DNA from: a virus
IMG/VR virus record: IMGVR_UViG_3300005096_000058
Location: 46,148 to 110,147 of that record
Length of the DNA stretch: 64,000 bases
Reading direction: 5' to 3' (one strand)
Part shown: piece after piece, positions 18,108 through 27,228 of the stretch
How positions within the stretch are numbered: the stretch's first letter is position 1
How the letters are laid out: the number at the start of each line of letters is the position of its first letter
The notes under the pieces: generated by a model
Told to the model about the DNA's origin: nothing
Seen by the model: only the letters and a program-made list of their open reading frames with translations
Databases searched by the model: none
Program-made: the position numbers and the translations under genes

Positions 18108-20642
18108 CTAGTCGTCGAAGGTGAGCCCACCGGGCGCGAGAAGGTCACGACCTGGTACGGGGCGGCGCAGGCCGGGGCCCTTGCTGTGCGTCTGCGGAAT
18201 GTCAGCTTGGGCCTCTGCGGTAAAGCCCTTCTGGAGGGAGCCGCCCATGCGATCCACGCCGCACGCGGGACATTTGGTGAGCGCCTTCATCACGCGCGTG
18301 CCGCACGCGGGGCACGCAAGACTCTTGGTGAGGTCGTTCCCCATATCGAAGCCAGGTTGGCGGCCGTGATACCCGAAGTTGTCTTCGCTGCTCTTGAGCA
18401 GCGCGACACAAGCCCGATCAGAAATGTCCGTCATGATGATCCCACCCTTCATCATGACCCGCACCGGTTGGCTCTGCAGCGGAGCTTCTTGCCCAACACT
18501 TTCCCGGACACCGAGGCCCATGACGATGTCGTCTCCACCCTTGCGCAGCGCGCTCACAGCTGCAGCATGGGATCGCTGCTCTGAGATCGTCTCTTGATCT
18601 GCGTGCAGAGGCATGCCGGTTTGCGCATCGATCTCAGCTTTGCTGAACAGCTTGGAGGAACTTTCGTTCTGATGCAGGCCAGGGGCGCCAGTTTGTGGGT
18701 TACTTCCAGACGGAGCTCCGGGGCTGGCTCCAGACGCGCCACCTTGAGGGTCGTGCGTGCTGGCGCGCATGGATTGTTGGTTGCCGGTGTGGTTGGAGCC
18801 ATAGGCAGGTCCGCCTTGGCTGCGCTTCTCGCCGATGCCAGCGGCTCCCGTTTGGGGATTGCTTCCAGACGCCGCTGCGGAGCTCGGTGCTCCAGGCATG
18901 GGCGCGGTGGCGTCGCCGTAAGCATTACCGCCTTGGCTCGCTGCGGAGCGCTGAGCACCCTGCGCTCCGTAGGCGCCAGCGGGCGCGCCGGGCATGGAGA
19001 TCATCCCCAGTTTCGACTTCATTTTGTCGGTGTCGTTGGGGTCGTCGGGGGTGAACTGGTCGGTCTTGCCCGCACCGGTCATCTTTGTCGTGGATTGCAT
19101 GTTCGCCATTCCTCCATCGGATTTTCCAGACGTGGCACCGACACCGTCCAGCTTACCACCATCTTCGCCACGGCTCACTCCGACGTTTCCGGTGTAGCCG
19201 TTGCGCTCATCCAAGCCACCACGCACTCCCTTGGGGAGGGGTTTGCCCGCAGTGCCGCCGCCGTAGTTGCCGGTGCCGGGACCAACAGCCTTACTGAGCC
19301 AGTTGTGCGGATCGCTGAGCCAATCCCCAAGCGCGCCGTCACCAGCGAAACTTTTGGACATAGATGGTCCATGCAGCTCTTTCAGCGATTTGCCTTTGTG
19401 TTTCTTTGGCACGCGGTCGTCGTGCTCGCCGGACATGGCTTCGTCGTGGAATTGGTCAGCCATCACTTTGGCAGCGGCTTGTCTAGTCGGCACATCATGC
19501 GCGGGAGCTCCGCCTGACATCTTTTTCGAAGAGGCGGTGGTGAGGTGCGTGAAGAGTTTGGTGGCTTGTGCGTGGTCGTACTTGCCCGCTGCCATTTTGC
19601 GCGCGAGGTTGTCACGGATGGGTTCGTGTTGTTGCTGGTGGAGATCGCCGTCGTTCTCGGTGGTGAGCACGAGATCGCGGGCACCCTCAGGGTCGTGCTT
19701 CTTCGCCGTTGGGGCATTTTTGCCTGCGTGCTTCTTGTCGTTCCACGGGATCTTGTGCGCGGCGTCGGCCCACTTGCCGCCGCGGACACCGATGAACGGG
19801 CCGCCCGCCTTGCTGATCTCCGATTTCTTGAGGGGACTACCGCCCGCTTTTTTGCTGTGGTGTTGGGCTGATCGCAACTGGAAGTTGGCAGCCTCTTCGT
19901 GCTCGCTATCCCCACTTTCTTTGTGCGCCTGTGTGTACGCTTCTGATGCGTTCGCATGGTGCTCAGCCATTTTGGCGTGCATCTCTTTCTTCGCTTTACC
20001 CCGCAAACTTTGACTGCGCATAGATAGGTTCGCCGCCTGTTGCGCGTGCTGCTTGGCCTGCTCATAGATCGGTTTTCCAGACGCAGAATGACCTACAACG
20101 TTGCCTCCACGGGTTCCTTCACCCTCCCCCTTCTCGACGAGGTCATCGTAGCTTTTGGAGAATGTGTCCTCAGCAGCAAGGTCGAGAATGTCGTCCTCTC
20201 CACGATCGGAAAGCCAAGCGTTCAAACCGCCCTTGTTCATGTCCGAATAGTCGTCCATGTTCTTCGCCATGGGTGGCCCCTCATTCGCTTCCGACCCCTC
20301 TTCTTTCGCGGCCTCAGCTTCAGACTCGTCGGGCTCGTCATCGGAACCACCTTCGGCGGTGACATCGACCTGCTCAGCGGGCTTGTCGGTGCCGGCCTTG
20401 CTCAGCTGGGCTGAGCGGGAGTCATGCCATTCGTGCCGGGACTGGTGCCCAGACGTCTGGGGATCGTCGACGAGGCCCATCTGGAGTTCATCAAGCTGAC
20501 CGGTGCTCTTCGCCAATTCGCGGGACGCGTCGCGGGCGAGTGCATGGGCGGCCGACGCGCTCTTGTGTAACGCGGGCGTGTTCTCCTTCTCGGCCTGGGT
20601 GGAGGCATCAAAGGCAGCTTTTGCGAGGTCGTTGTAATTCAT
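18108..20642 (-). CDS. putative internal head protein/polyprotein with Gly-rich region and C-terminal Zn ribbon
   Basis: 844 aa; about 20 hydrophobic-x-K-[ASG] sites, two GxRGG motifs, CPAC..CPAC. Confidence 0.65.
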   Translation of the reverse strand: MNYNDLAKAAFDASTQAEKENTPALHKSASAAHALARDASRELAKSTGQLDELQMGLVDDPQTSGHQSRHEWHDSRSAQLSKAGTDKPAEQVDVTAEGGSDDEPDESEAEAAKEEGSEANEGPPMAKNMDDYSDMNKGGLNAWLSDRGEDDILDLAAEDTFSKSYDDLVEKGEGEGTRGGNVVGHSASGKPIYEQAKQHAQQAANLSMRSQSLRGKAKKEMHAKMAEHHANASEAYTQAHKESGDSEHEEAANFQLRSAQHHSKKAGGSPLKKSEISKAGGPFIGVRGGKWADAAHKIPWNDKKHAGKNAPTAKKHDPEGARDLVLTTENDGDLHQQQHEPIRDNLARKMAAGKYDHAQATKLFTHLTTASSKKMSGGAPAHDVPTRQAAAKVMADQFHDEAMSGEHDDRVPKKHKGKSLKELHGPSMSKSFAGDGALGDWLSDPHNWLSKAVGPGTGNYGGGTAGKPLPKGVRGGLDERNGYTGNVGVSRGEDGGKLDGVGATSGKSDGGMANMQSTTKMTGAGKTDQFTPDDPNDTDKMKSKLGMISMPGAPAGAYGAQGAQRSAASQGGNAYGDATAPMPGAPSSAAASGSNPQTGAAGIGEKRSQGGPAYGSNHTGNQQSMRASTHDPQGGASGASPGAPSGSNPQTGAPGLHQNESSSKLFSKAEIDAQTGMPLHADQETISEQRSHAAAVSALRKGGDDIVMGLGVRESVGQEAPLQSQPVRVMMKGGIIMTDISDRACVALLKSSEDNFGYHGRQPGFDMGNDLTKSLACPACGTRVMKALTKCPACGVDRMGGSLQKGFTAEAQADIPQTHSKGPGLRRPVPGRDLLAPGGLTFDD

Positions 20643-20679
20643 GTCCAGAACCCTAACTGATAGATCTGCGTGAGTCTTC

Positions 20680-21744
20680 TCACGCTTTGGAAGGAGCGAG
20701 TTTGCCCGCCGTGTGTACGAGCTCGCCGGCCTTCACGGAGTCACGGATCGCGTCTTTGACGAGTTCATCGTCGTAGCCCCCGTAGCCCTTGAGATCATCG
20801 AGGGTGCATCCCTTGCCCACGCGTTTGGCTAAGCCCTCCCGGCATTTGCGCTTGAGGACGTCCCGTCCAGACACGTGCGCACCGTCTTGTTTTGCGTAGT
20901 CGTCTTCGTTGTAGAAATAGCGGTGCTTGCCCGTTTCTTTGTCGGTGACACGGCGGTGGTAGCTGCCCCCACGGGGTGAAGCCTTGCGCATTGACTCGTC
21001 AAAATCTGGATGTGAGTCGTCGCCGTCATTGTCCCACGCTTGTTGCGCCATCGCTCGGCCCGCCGCATCCATTGCGAGGCAATAGCGCACCCCTTGGTCA
21101 GCCTTGCGTAAACCGATTAGGCGGCGTTGCAAACGCTCGGCCTCATTCTGGTTGTTGCCGTGGTCTTGGTAATACCGGGAGGCACGTTGCACCACGGCAC
21201 GACGCTGCACGCTGTCCAGCTGCATGTACTGCAGCTTGTGGTTCAGTGAGGTGCGGTAGTTCACCTCGGGGTGATCCATGTTGGCTTGTACCAGCGCCTG
21301 AATTTCGTGCTCCTGCCCTTGCGAAAGGGCAAGTCCGCGGGTGATCCCTGCGGGGGTGAGCACCGGCTCGGTGAAGGCCAAAAGCTTGGCCACCGTGCGC
21401 CCGCCTTTTGGCATTGCCGTGAGCGAGCTCGGGATGCTCATACGTGGAATTTGGCCTGCGATGATGCCTGTGGCTTTACTGAGTCCACCGTTACCTTCGG
21501 TCATGGTCAGACGGTCATACTTCACGTCGACAGTCAAACCACTAGCGTCGTCGCTGCCCGCCATGGGCTGATTGTCCTCAACGAGGACGTGGAAGCACGC
21601 GCCCTTGGTGGTCTTGCTTGTAAAACCACCGCCCATCGTCTGGTAAATTCCAGACACATAGGCGTAGTTTTCGCCTTGCCCTTGTTTGGCGGCCTGCTCT
21701 TTGGCGCGGGCCCATTTGTCGTGGTCGGTGACGTTTGCCGGCAT
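20680..21744 (-). CDS. hypothetical head-module protein
   Basis: 354 aa between terminase and portal; RKASPRGG..GKHRYFY motif. Confidence 0.65.
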   Translation of the reverse strand: MPANVTDHDKWARAKEQAAKQGQGENYAYVSGIYQTMGGGFTSKTTKGACFHVLVEDNQPMAGSDDASGLTVDVKYDRLTMTEGNGGLSKATGIIAGQIPRMSIPSSLTAMPKGGRTVAKLLAFTEPVLTPAGITRGLALSQGQEHEIQALVQANMDHPEVNYRTSLNHKLQYMQLDSVQRRAVVQRASRYYQDHGNNQNEAERLQRRLIGLRKADQGVRYCLAMDAAGRAMAQQAWDNDGDDSHPDFDESMRKASPRGGSYHRRVTDKETGKHRYFYNEDDYAKQDGAHVSGRDVLKRKCREGLAKRVGKGCTLDDLKGYGGYDDELVKDAIRDSVKAGELVHTAGKLAPSKA

Positions 21745-21793
21745 TTAGGACCCTCTTCGAGTGCTCAGTGTGGCCTGCGTGAATGCCTGACGT

Positions 21794-24700
21794 CTACCAC
21801 TCGAAATCCTTGTTGCCGAGTCCAGGTAGATGCCTCCACGCCAGCTCGTCTGGATGGAGGAGTTCATCAGGGACCAAAGCGGCTTCACTCGCTGAACGTG
21901 TGGCCTTGGGTCCTACGAGGTTTTCCACTGTGAGGTTGGCTTGCAGGAACTCCTTGATCGCGTCTTTGGGCGCGTCCTCCAGCTCTACGTCGCCTCCCCA
22001 ATCTTTGAGCAAGTCCCCCACGGGGTCGTTACCCAACGCCGCGCTGTCCGGTTCAGCCATTTGCTGCTCAAGAAGTTCGTCCAGACTGAGGTCATCGTCG
22101 TCACCGAAAGAAAAGCCGAAGGCGCCAGCGCGCACAGCGCAGTTGGCAATCCAGAACGCCATCACGGTGTCATCGTGCGAACCCACCCCCTGGAGCTTGC
22201 CCTCCAGCCAAGTGAAGTGACGCATCTCCTTGATCCACTCGTCACCCTTTTCGACGCTTTCGCGATCGCCGCGGGGGATGCGCACCTTGGCGTTTTCGAG
22301 GAGCACGCGCAGCTGGGGCACTCCACCTTCCAAGGTGTTCTTGTTCATGGTGTGCGTGTTGCCTGTGGGCTGGCTGTTGTTGTTCTTCTTGGTTCCAGAC
22401 GTCACGAACTTGAAGATCGGCAGATCGGTTTCGCGGATGAGCTCGTCACCAAAGATCCGCTGCATCTGGTTCGACTCCAGATAGATGAGATCAGCGTCGT
22501 ACTTTTGGCCAAGAGCGTTGATCAGCCCCTTTTGTTGGTTGTAGGCCAGGCCGTGGTGACGCTGGATGTCGATCACCCAGCGGTTGCGAAACTGGTCAAC
22601 GCCAAGCACGAACCCGACGGTGTAATCGGCGCCCGTCGAGGTGGAGATTGCGAAGTCGAACCCGATGTAGAAACTCGTGATGCCGAGCTCTTCGTAATAG
22701 GCACGAGGCTGGCCCATCTTCACGCCGATTTGCTCGACGGGAGCCCCCTGGAACAGCTTGCCGGGGAACAGGCTCATCTCATCGCTGATTGGCTCGCACA
22801 TGAACTCGCGCGTGAAGCGCACGCTCTTGATCTCGATCTCACGCTCTTCCAGCGATTCGACGACGATGCCTTGTTCCAGATAGCGAAGACGTTCAGCTTT
22901 GGTCGCGCAGAAGCGCTCGGGCCACAAGGCTTTGCCTTCCGCATCACGGGCGGCATATTTACGGTAGCAATAACGTTTGTTCGTCGACAGGTCCGCGTAG
23001 AGGTCAGCCGCATGGAATGGCGTGCCGACGACGATGACCTGGCCACCGGGGTTCACCATGTTGGTGATCGCCGTGTAGAAATAGTCGATGTGCTTGGTGC
23101 GCACGAGCTCGGAGTACGCGTCCTCGTCGTTCAGCCCGTCGTCGACAACAATCCAATCCGGGTGGGCGCCGCGAATCTTGGTGCCGTAGCCTCGTGCATA
23201 GATTTTGTGACCGTTGGCCAACGTGATTTGCGTCTTGCTCCAGTTGCGCGCTTTGTTCTTTGGGTTGAGAAATGCGAGCTTCGGGTTGGACTCAATCTCC
23301 TCCTTGATGTCCTCCAAAATGCGCACGGCCTGGTCTTGGGTCGCCGAGAAAATGTAGCCGCGGCCCCCGGGCAGGTACGCTGCTTTCCAGATGGGGTAGG
23401 CGAAATCAAAATAAAACGTGTTGTGGTTGATGACGTCGTCGGAGACGTAGTTCACCAAACCAGGGACGTGCATCGACCAAGTTTCTTGCTCCCCAATATC
23501 CTCGATAGCGATGATCTCATCCCAAAGCACATCTGCGTCAGCAAGAGCCAACAGCTCGCTGTTGTTTTCCGCAACTGCGATCGCACGCAGCTTGGCTCGC
23601 GTCGGTTCGTACTGTGGGGTGGGGCGGGGATGTCCGCGGTCCCGAAACCAAGTCTCAGAATGTTCGACCTGCTCCCACACATCCCGAGGAAAGCGATCAA
23701 TGGCTGGGCCATGTGGGGGATCTTTGGCCTCCTGCATCTGGACCAGGGCCGCCAATTGCGTTGCCTTGCCCCCTCGCAAACTAATCTGCGCGGCAAGGCG
23801 CAAGACGTCTTGCCCCCTGACTGTGAGACGCCACGACCAATGATCTTTCGCGAGGTATTTGCCCTTTTTACGGCCCAGCACAGCCACCACGCCTAAGCGC
23901 ACAAGGAGGTGTTGCACGTCTCGTAGGAGTTGCTCCGAGACAGAATAAAACTCGACTGCGCCGCCCCCAGACAAGGCACAAGTACCATCGGCTTCCAGAT
24001 ACCCCGCAAGGAATTCAGCGATCGACGTGTCCGAGGCTGTGAACAACTCTTTAGGCACGCGCTTTTCATGCGCTGTGTGCCCCATGAGGCCAAGCGCTCG
24101 CATACGCTGCACGGGGCCACCCTCGCGAGCATAGTTGGCGTGCAGTCCATAAGTGATCGGGTCCGCGGGCCTGCGGGTGAGCCCCCACCCCAACCGAGCC
24201 GCTTCCTGTTTGACTGCCCCCAACGTAACGGCATCGGCCACGGTGATCGTGACCCCGGTTCCGGTAAGGCCGCCATCGCCAATCAACATCCCTAGAAGCC
24301 AAGCGTCATCCACCGTTTTGCTGGCGCTCGTTTGTAGCCTGCGGGGGACACCGATGCGCTGGCCCACCACCAGTTGATCAGCACGGAGCCAACGATCCAG
24401 CAACCTCAACGGATGATTTTCCGTGACGCGTACGCGGCGGCCCGTCTTCGTGGTGATCTCTAGGCAGCGCTTGTGCCCGTTGCGCCGGGACGCGGGCGCA
24501 TAGGTGGGCACGAGTTTGTGCGTGTCCTCGTCGTAAGCGATCACCTCGCCGCCTGACCAAGACTCGATCGGGATGCGGCGGCCATCAGCCGCATTTATGA
24601 GCGCACCCTCAACCTGGCACTTCCCATGATTCCGGGGGGCTAGCACGCAAATGCGATCCTGCTCCGCGACGAGATCATCCCATTCCATGTGATGATCTGC

Positions 24701-24997
24701 GACGACAAAATGGCCGTTGTAGGGAGCTTGTATTGGTCCAGACAGGAACTCACTGGCGAAAAACGCGCAGCTGTTCCTCATCATCTCTAAGGTGAACGCG
24801 TCCCACGCGTCATCGCCGCCTTCCACGGCGGCGTGTGCACGTTTCTCCACGTCGTTCTCATCCCACTCGGGGACTGAAGCACTGAAGAGGTCACGAAAGC
24901 CTGCGGTGGTCACAAGGCAAAGACTGGCGGCGATCGTCTGGAAAGTCCAGACGTCAGTGCACTGTGTCGAGCATACCCGCCTTGCGCATAGACTCAC
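21794..24997 (-). CDS. terL: terminase large subunit with intein
   Basis: Walker A APRNHGK/T, IRGAHPD, Walker B IVVDD, VGTP, nuclease GFDFA..DYT and HDDTVMA; true start may be GTG at 24913. Confidence 0.93.
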   Translation of the reverse strand: MSLCARRVCSTQCTDVWTFQTIAASLCLVTTAGFRDLFSASVPEWDENDVEKRAHAAVEGGDDAWDAFTLEMMRNSCAFFASEFLSGPIQAPYNGHFVVADHHMEWDDLVAEQDRICVLAPRNHGKCQVEGALINAADGRRIPIESWSGGEVIAYDEDTHKLVPTYAPASRRNGHKRCLEITTKTGRRVRVTENHPLRLLDRWLRADQLVVGQRIGVPRRLQTSASKTVDDAWLLGMLIGDGGLTGTGVTITVADAVTLGAVKQEAARLGWGLTRRPADPITYGLHANYAREGGPVQRMRALGLMGHTAHEKRVPKELFTASDTSIAEFLAGYLEADGTCALSGGGAVEFYSVSEQLLRDVQHLLVRLGVVAVLGRKKGKYLAKDHWSWRLTVRGQDVLRLAAQISLRGGKATQLAALVQMQEAKDPPHGPAIDRFPRDVWEQVEHSETWFRDRGHPRPTPQYEPTRAKLRAIAVAENNSELLALADADVLWDEIIAIEDIGEQETWSMHVPGLVNYVSDDVINHNTFYFDFAYPIWKAAYLPGGRGYIFSATQDQAVRILEDIKEEIESNPKLAFLNPKNKARNWSKTQITLANGHKIYARGYGTKIRGAHPDWIVVDDGLNDEDAYSELVRTKHIDYFYTAITNMVNPGGQVIVVGTPFHAADLYADLSTNKRYCYRKYAARDAEGKALWPERFCATKAERLRYLEQGIVVESLEEREIEIKSVRFTREFMCEPISDEMSLFPGKLFQGAPVEQIGVKMGQPRAYYEELGITSFYIGFDFAISTSTGADYTVGFVLGVDQFRNRWVIDIQRHHGLAYNQQKGLINALGQKYDADLIYLESNQMQRIFGDELIRETDLPIFKFVTSGTKKNNNSQPTGNTHTMNKNTLEGGVPQLRVLLENAKVRIPRGDRESVEKGDEWIKEMRHFTWLEGKLQGVGSHDDTVMAFWIANCAVRAGAFGFSFGDDDDLSLDELLEQQMAEPDSAALGNDPVGDLLKDWGGDVELEDAPKDAIKEFLQANLTVENLVGPKATRSASEAALVPDELLHPDELAWRHLPGLGNKDFEW
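23420..24619 (-). mobile_element. intein with LAGLIDADG endonuclease in terminase Walker A (400 aa)
   Basis: GK|CQVEG start, TENHPL, LGMLIGDG and LAGYLEADG, INHN|T end. Confidence 0.92.
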
Positions 24998-25229
24998 GCA
25001 TGCGCTTGGCTACCGATCGCGCTTGAGCCTGGATCGTGGCTATATGCTTTGCGCTGATCTCAGACTCTTCGGCTGATTTGCGCCAGAACGCAGCGTTGGC
25101 CTCTGCTGCGAGAAGCTGAGCCTGCACATTGGGTTTCACCCCCTCGTGCTCGAACTCAACAGAAAGCCGCACGAGGTCAACGCTGAGATGACCTCCGAGT
25201 CCTTGTTGTTCTCGGCCGTGTTGAGACAT
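24954..25229 (-). CDS. hypothetical protein upstream of terminase
   Basis: ATG at 25229, 7 nt downstream of a TACGAT -10-like hexamer. Confidence 0.5.
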   Translation of the reverse strand: MSQHGREQQGLGGHLSVDLVRLSVEFEHEGVKPNVQAQLLAAEANAAFWRKSAEESEISAKHIATIQAQARSVAKRMRESMRKAGMLDTVH

Positions 25230-25245
25230 TGACCGGATCGTAACG

Positions 25246-25275
25246 AAAAAAGGCCGCAAGCGTAAACTTGCGACC
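25246..25275 (-). terminator. Rho-independent terminator
   Basis: GGUCGCAAG-UUUACG-CUUGCGGCC followed by U6. Confidence 0.7.
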
Positions 25276-25612
25276 CCTCCCCTCATGACCGGGTTTTACA
25301 CCCCGGGGGAAAGCCCCGAAAGGCTATTGAAGCGGTGTGGGGGTACAAGCCCCATCCTACTCCACCCGGGGCCTGCCCCCGGGCGCTCTGCGGCTTATCC
25401 ACGGCCCGCGGACCCAAAGGCCCAAACACCGCACCAAGCCCTCAGCCCCGTCGTCTTTGGCAGGGCTCGCCGTTGCCGGCTCACCCCTCGATGGGACTGA
25501 CCCTCACTAACCGGCCTCTATTTTGAGAGGATCGGCCAACTTTTGTTGTCCCCCGGGTCGGGGTGTTGCTATCCCCTCTAAGAGGGGGTCCCGTCAGCGA
25601 GTCGACTCGCTG
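25276..25612 (-). ncRNA. candidate structured non-coding RNA, family unknown
   Basis: Gap with no credible minus-strand ORF; many helices, GCAA and UUCG tetraloops, long-range stems; ends in a terminator. Confidence 0.5.
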
Positions 25613-25659
25613 CACAACGAGATTGTTGTCTCAAACAACCGTGGTTGCTGTCAACACAA

Positions 25660-25878
25660 TTAAGCGAGCGCGTGCTCGCCCGTGACCGGATCACCTTCCA
25701 CACTGTCTGCTGGGATCTGCGCGCGCATTGTGCGCGTCTTGCTCCTGATCCGTGCGAGCACTTTGCGTTTCTCTTCCCGTGTGGCGTCGAGCTCGTCGGT
25801 GCTGGGGCAGTCGACGCTTTCGCCGTCTTGCTCCCCCTCGTCGTCGCGGTGGAATAGCTTGGCCAAGAGTTTCACCAT
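25660..25878 (-). CDS. hypothetical protein
   Basis: 72 aa; AAGGA RBS. Confidence 0.5.
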   Translation of the reverse strand: MVKLLAKLFHRDDEGEQDGESVDCPSTDELDATREEKRKVLARIRSKTRTMRAQIPADSVEGDPVTGEHALA

Positions 25879-25894
25879 CGGAGTACGTCCTTGA

Positions 25895-26215
25895 TCATTT
25901 GTCGACTTTGGCCACCAGTTGGCCCAGTGATTTGTCGACGTTTTGGAGGGCGTGGATGATGTCTTTGTTGTCCGCTGTCTGATCGGTCACCAGCTTCGTG
26001 ATCGTAGCCGTGCGCGCTTCGAGCAAAACGGCAGCCTCTTTGCGCATGCCGTTCCCCCACTTCCAGACGATCCCCACCACGCCACCCATGGTTCCGACCG
26101 TGCTGATCAGGATCACCTCAAGCGCGGTCAGCCCTGCAATAGCAGTGAGCTTCACGGGCGGCGGTGCGTGCTGCGCAGCGACGTCAATCAGCAAGTAAAT
26201 CAAAGATAGGTCCAC
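25895..26215 (-). CDS. putative holin-like membrane protein
   Basis: One hydrophobic helix followed by a coiled-coil C-terminus. Confidence 0.4.
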   Translation of the reverse strand: MDLSLIYLLIDVAAQHAPPPVKLTAIAGLTALEVILISTVGTMGGVVGIVWKWGNGMRKEAAVLLEARTATITKLVTDQTADNKDIIHALQNVDKSLGQLVAKVDK

Positions 26216-26426
26216 GATCCGTACCCTAGCGGGTGCCGGGTCAGACTGTCAGCTAGCGCACCATCGGCGCGCGGCCACTTCGTGCAGCTCCACGGAACTC
26301 GCGTCCGTGAGGCCCTTCAGCTGATCAGCCGCATTGAACAATTTCCAGACGGTGCCCGTCCAGAACGCCCAACCACCGGGGCCAGCCAATTGCCTGTGCC
26401 CTGGAACCGTGTCCTGCTCCACAACC

Positions 26427-26669
26427 TCACATCCAGTTGCGCTCACGCGTCAGCTCCTCATTCGCCTTGCCCGTTGCCGCGTCTACCCGTTCCAAGAGCT
26501 TGTCACTTTCGATCAGGCTGCCCGTGGGCATGAGTTTCAATGCCGCCACAAATCTCTCCCGAAGCAGCTCCGTCGATTTCACCAGCTCCGCGCGCCAATC
26601 GCCTCTAATTTGGTCCTCTTCCATTTTGTCCTCCTTAGACTTCTTCCGGCTCGCCCGTCCAGACGCCAC
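26427..26669 (-). CDS. hypothetical protein
   Basis: ORF in tightly packed minus-strand run; GGAGG before internal Met. Confidence 0.45.
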   Translation of the reverse strand: MASGRASRKKSKEDKMEEDQIRGDWRAELVKSTELLRERFVAALKLMPTGSLIESDKLLERVDAATGKANEELTRERNWM

Positions 26670-27228
26670 TCAGCGCCCTCGTGACCATGCCTCCAAAAAT
26701 GTTGCCGAGCGCTACCCGGTGCTCCCACGGAATCTCCACGGGAGACGCGGGGAGCTCGGCGGGCTTAGCTGGCGTGTGGCAGGCGTCGGTACCTGGTAGG
26801 CGTCCGTCGTGCTCCTGCATGTGGGCCACAATGCCCCGGGAGCATTCGATCGCCTCGCGTTGGATCGTGACCGCCTCGACTTTGCTCATGCCGCCCTCTT
26901 TGACCAAACGACGCCAGACGCTGGCTAATTGCTCAGTGGCGGCGAGCGGTATCTGGGCAGGCACAAAATACACGCCGCCGTTGTCACCGATGAATTTGTC
27001 GACGACCTCCATCAATGCCGCGCTGAGTGCGTGCGCGCGGTCGTGCATCACGTCGAGAATAGCAACGTGCGCCTGCATGCAGCGTGCGTGTGCCGTGGTC
27101 ACGTCCTCCTGCGCCGCTACGGGTTGACCGGCCTCGATCGAGCGGGCGCAGAGCGGGCAGGGCCCGAGATCCTCAAGGGCAAGTCCAGACACCAGCTTTT
27201 CCACGTCCAGTCCTTCAATGAAATTCAT
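26635..27228 (-). CDS. hypothetical protein with CxxC/HxxC Zn site
   Basis: CPLC...HARC; ATGA overlap start. Confidence 0.55.
   Translation of the reverse strand: MNFIEGLDVEKLVSGLALEDLGPCPLCARSIEAGQPVAAQEDVTTAHARCMQAHVAILDVMHDRAHALSAALMEVVDKFIGDNGGVYFVPAQIPLAATEQLASVWRRLVKEGGMSKVEAVTIQREAIECSRGIVAHMQEHDGRLPGTDACHTPAKPAELPASPVEIPWEHRVALGNIFGGMVTRALSGVWTGEPEEV

Noticed and set aside
21941-23896. Long plus-strand ORFs (651 aa here; also 14336-15526, 5247-6170, 18594-19517 and others)
   Set aside because: They are antisense shadows of well-supported minus-strand genes in GC-rich DNA, with no recognisable motifs.
25276-25612. tRNA, tmRNA, RNase P, SRP or group I intron identity for the structured region
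   Set aside because: I could not find a T-loop/CCA, tag ORF, GAGGAAAGUCC, SRP loop or P7 consensus; left as an unknown ncRNA candidate.
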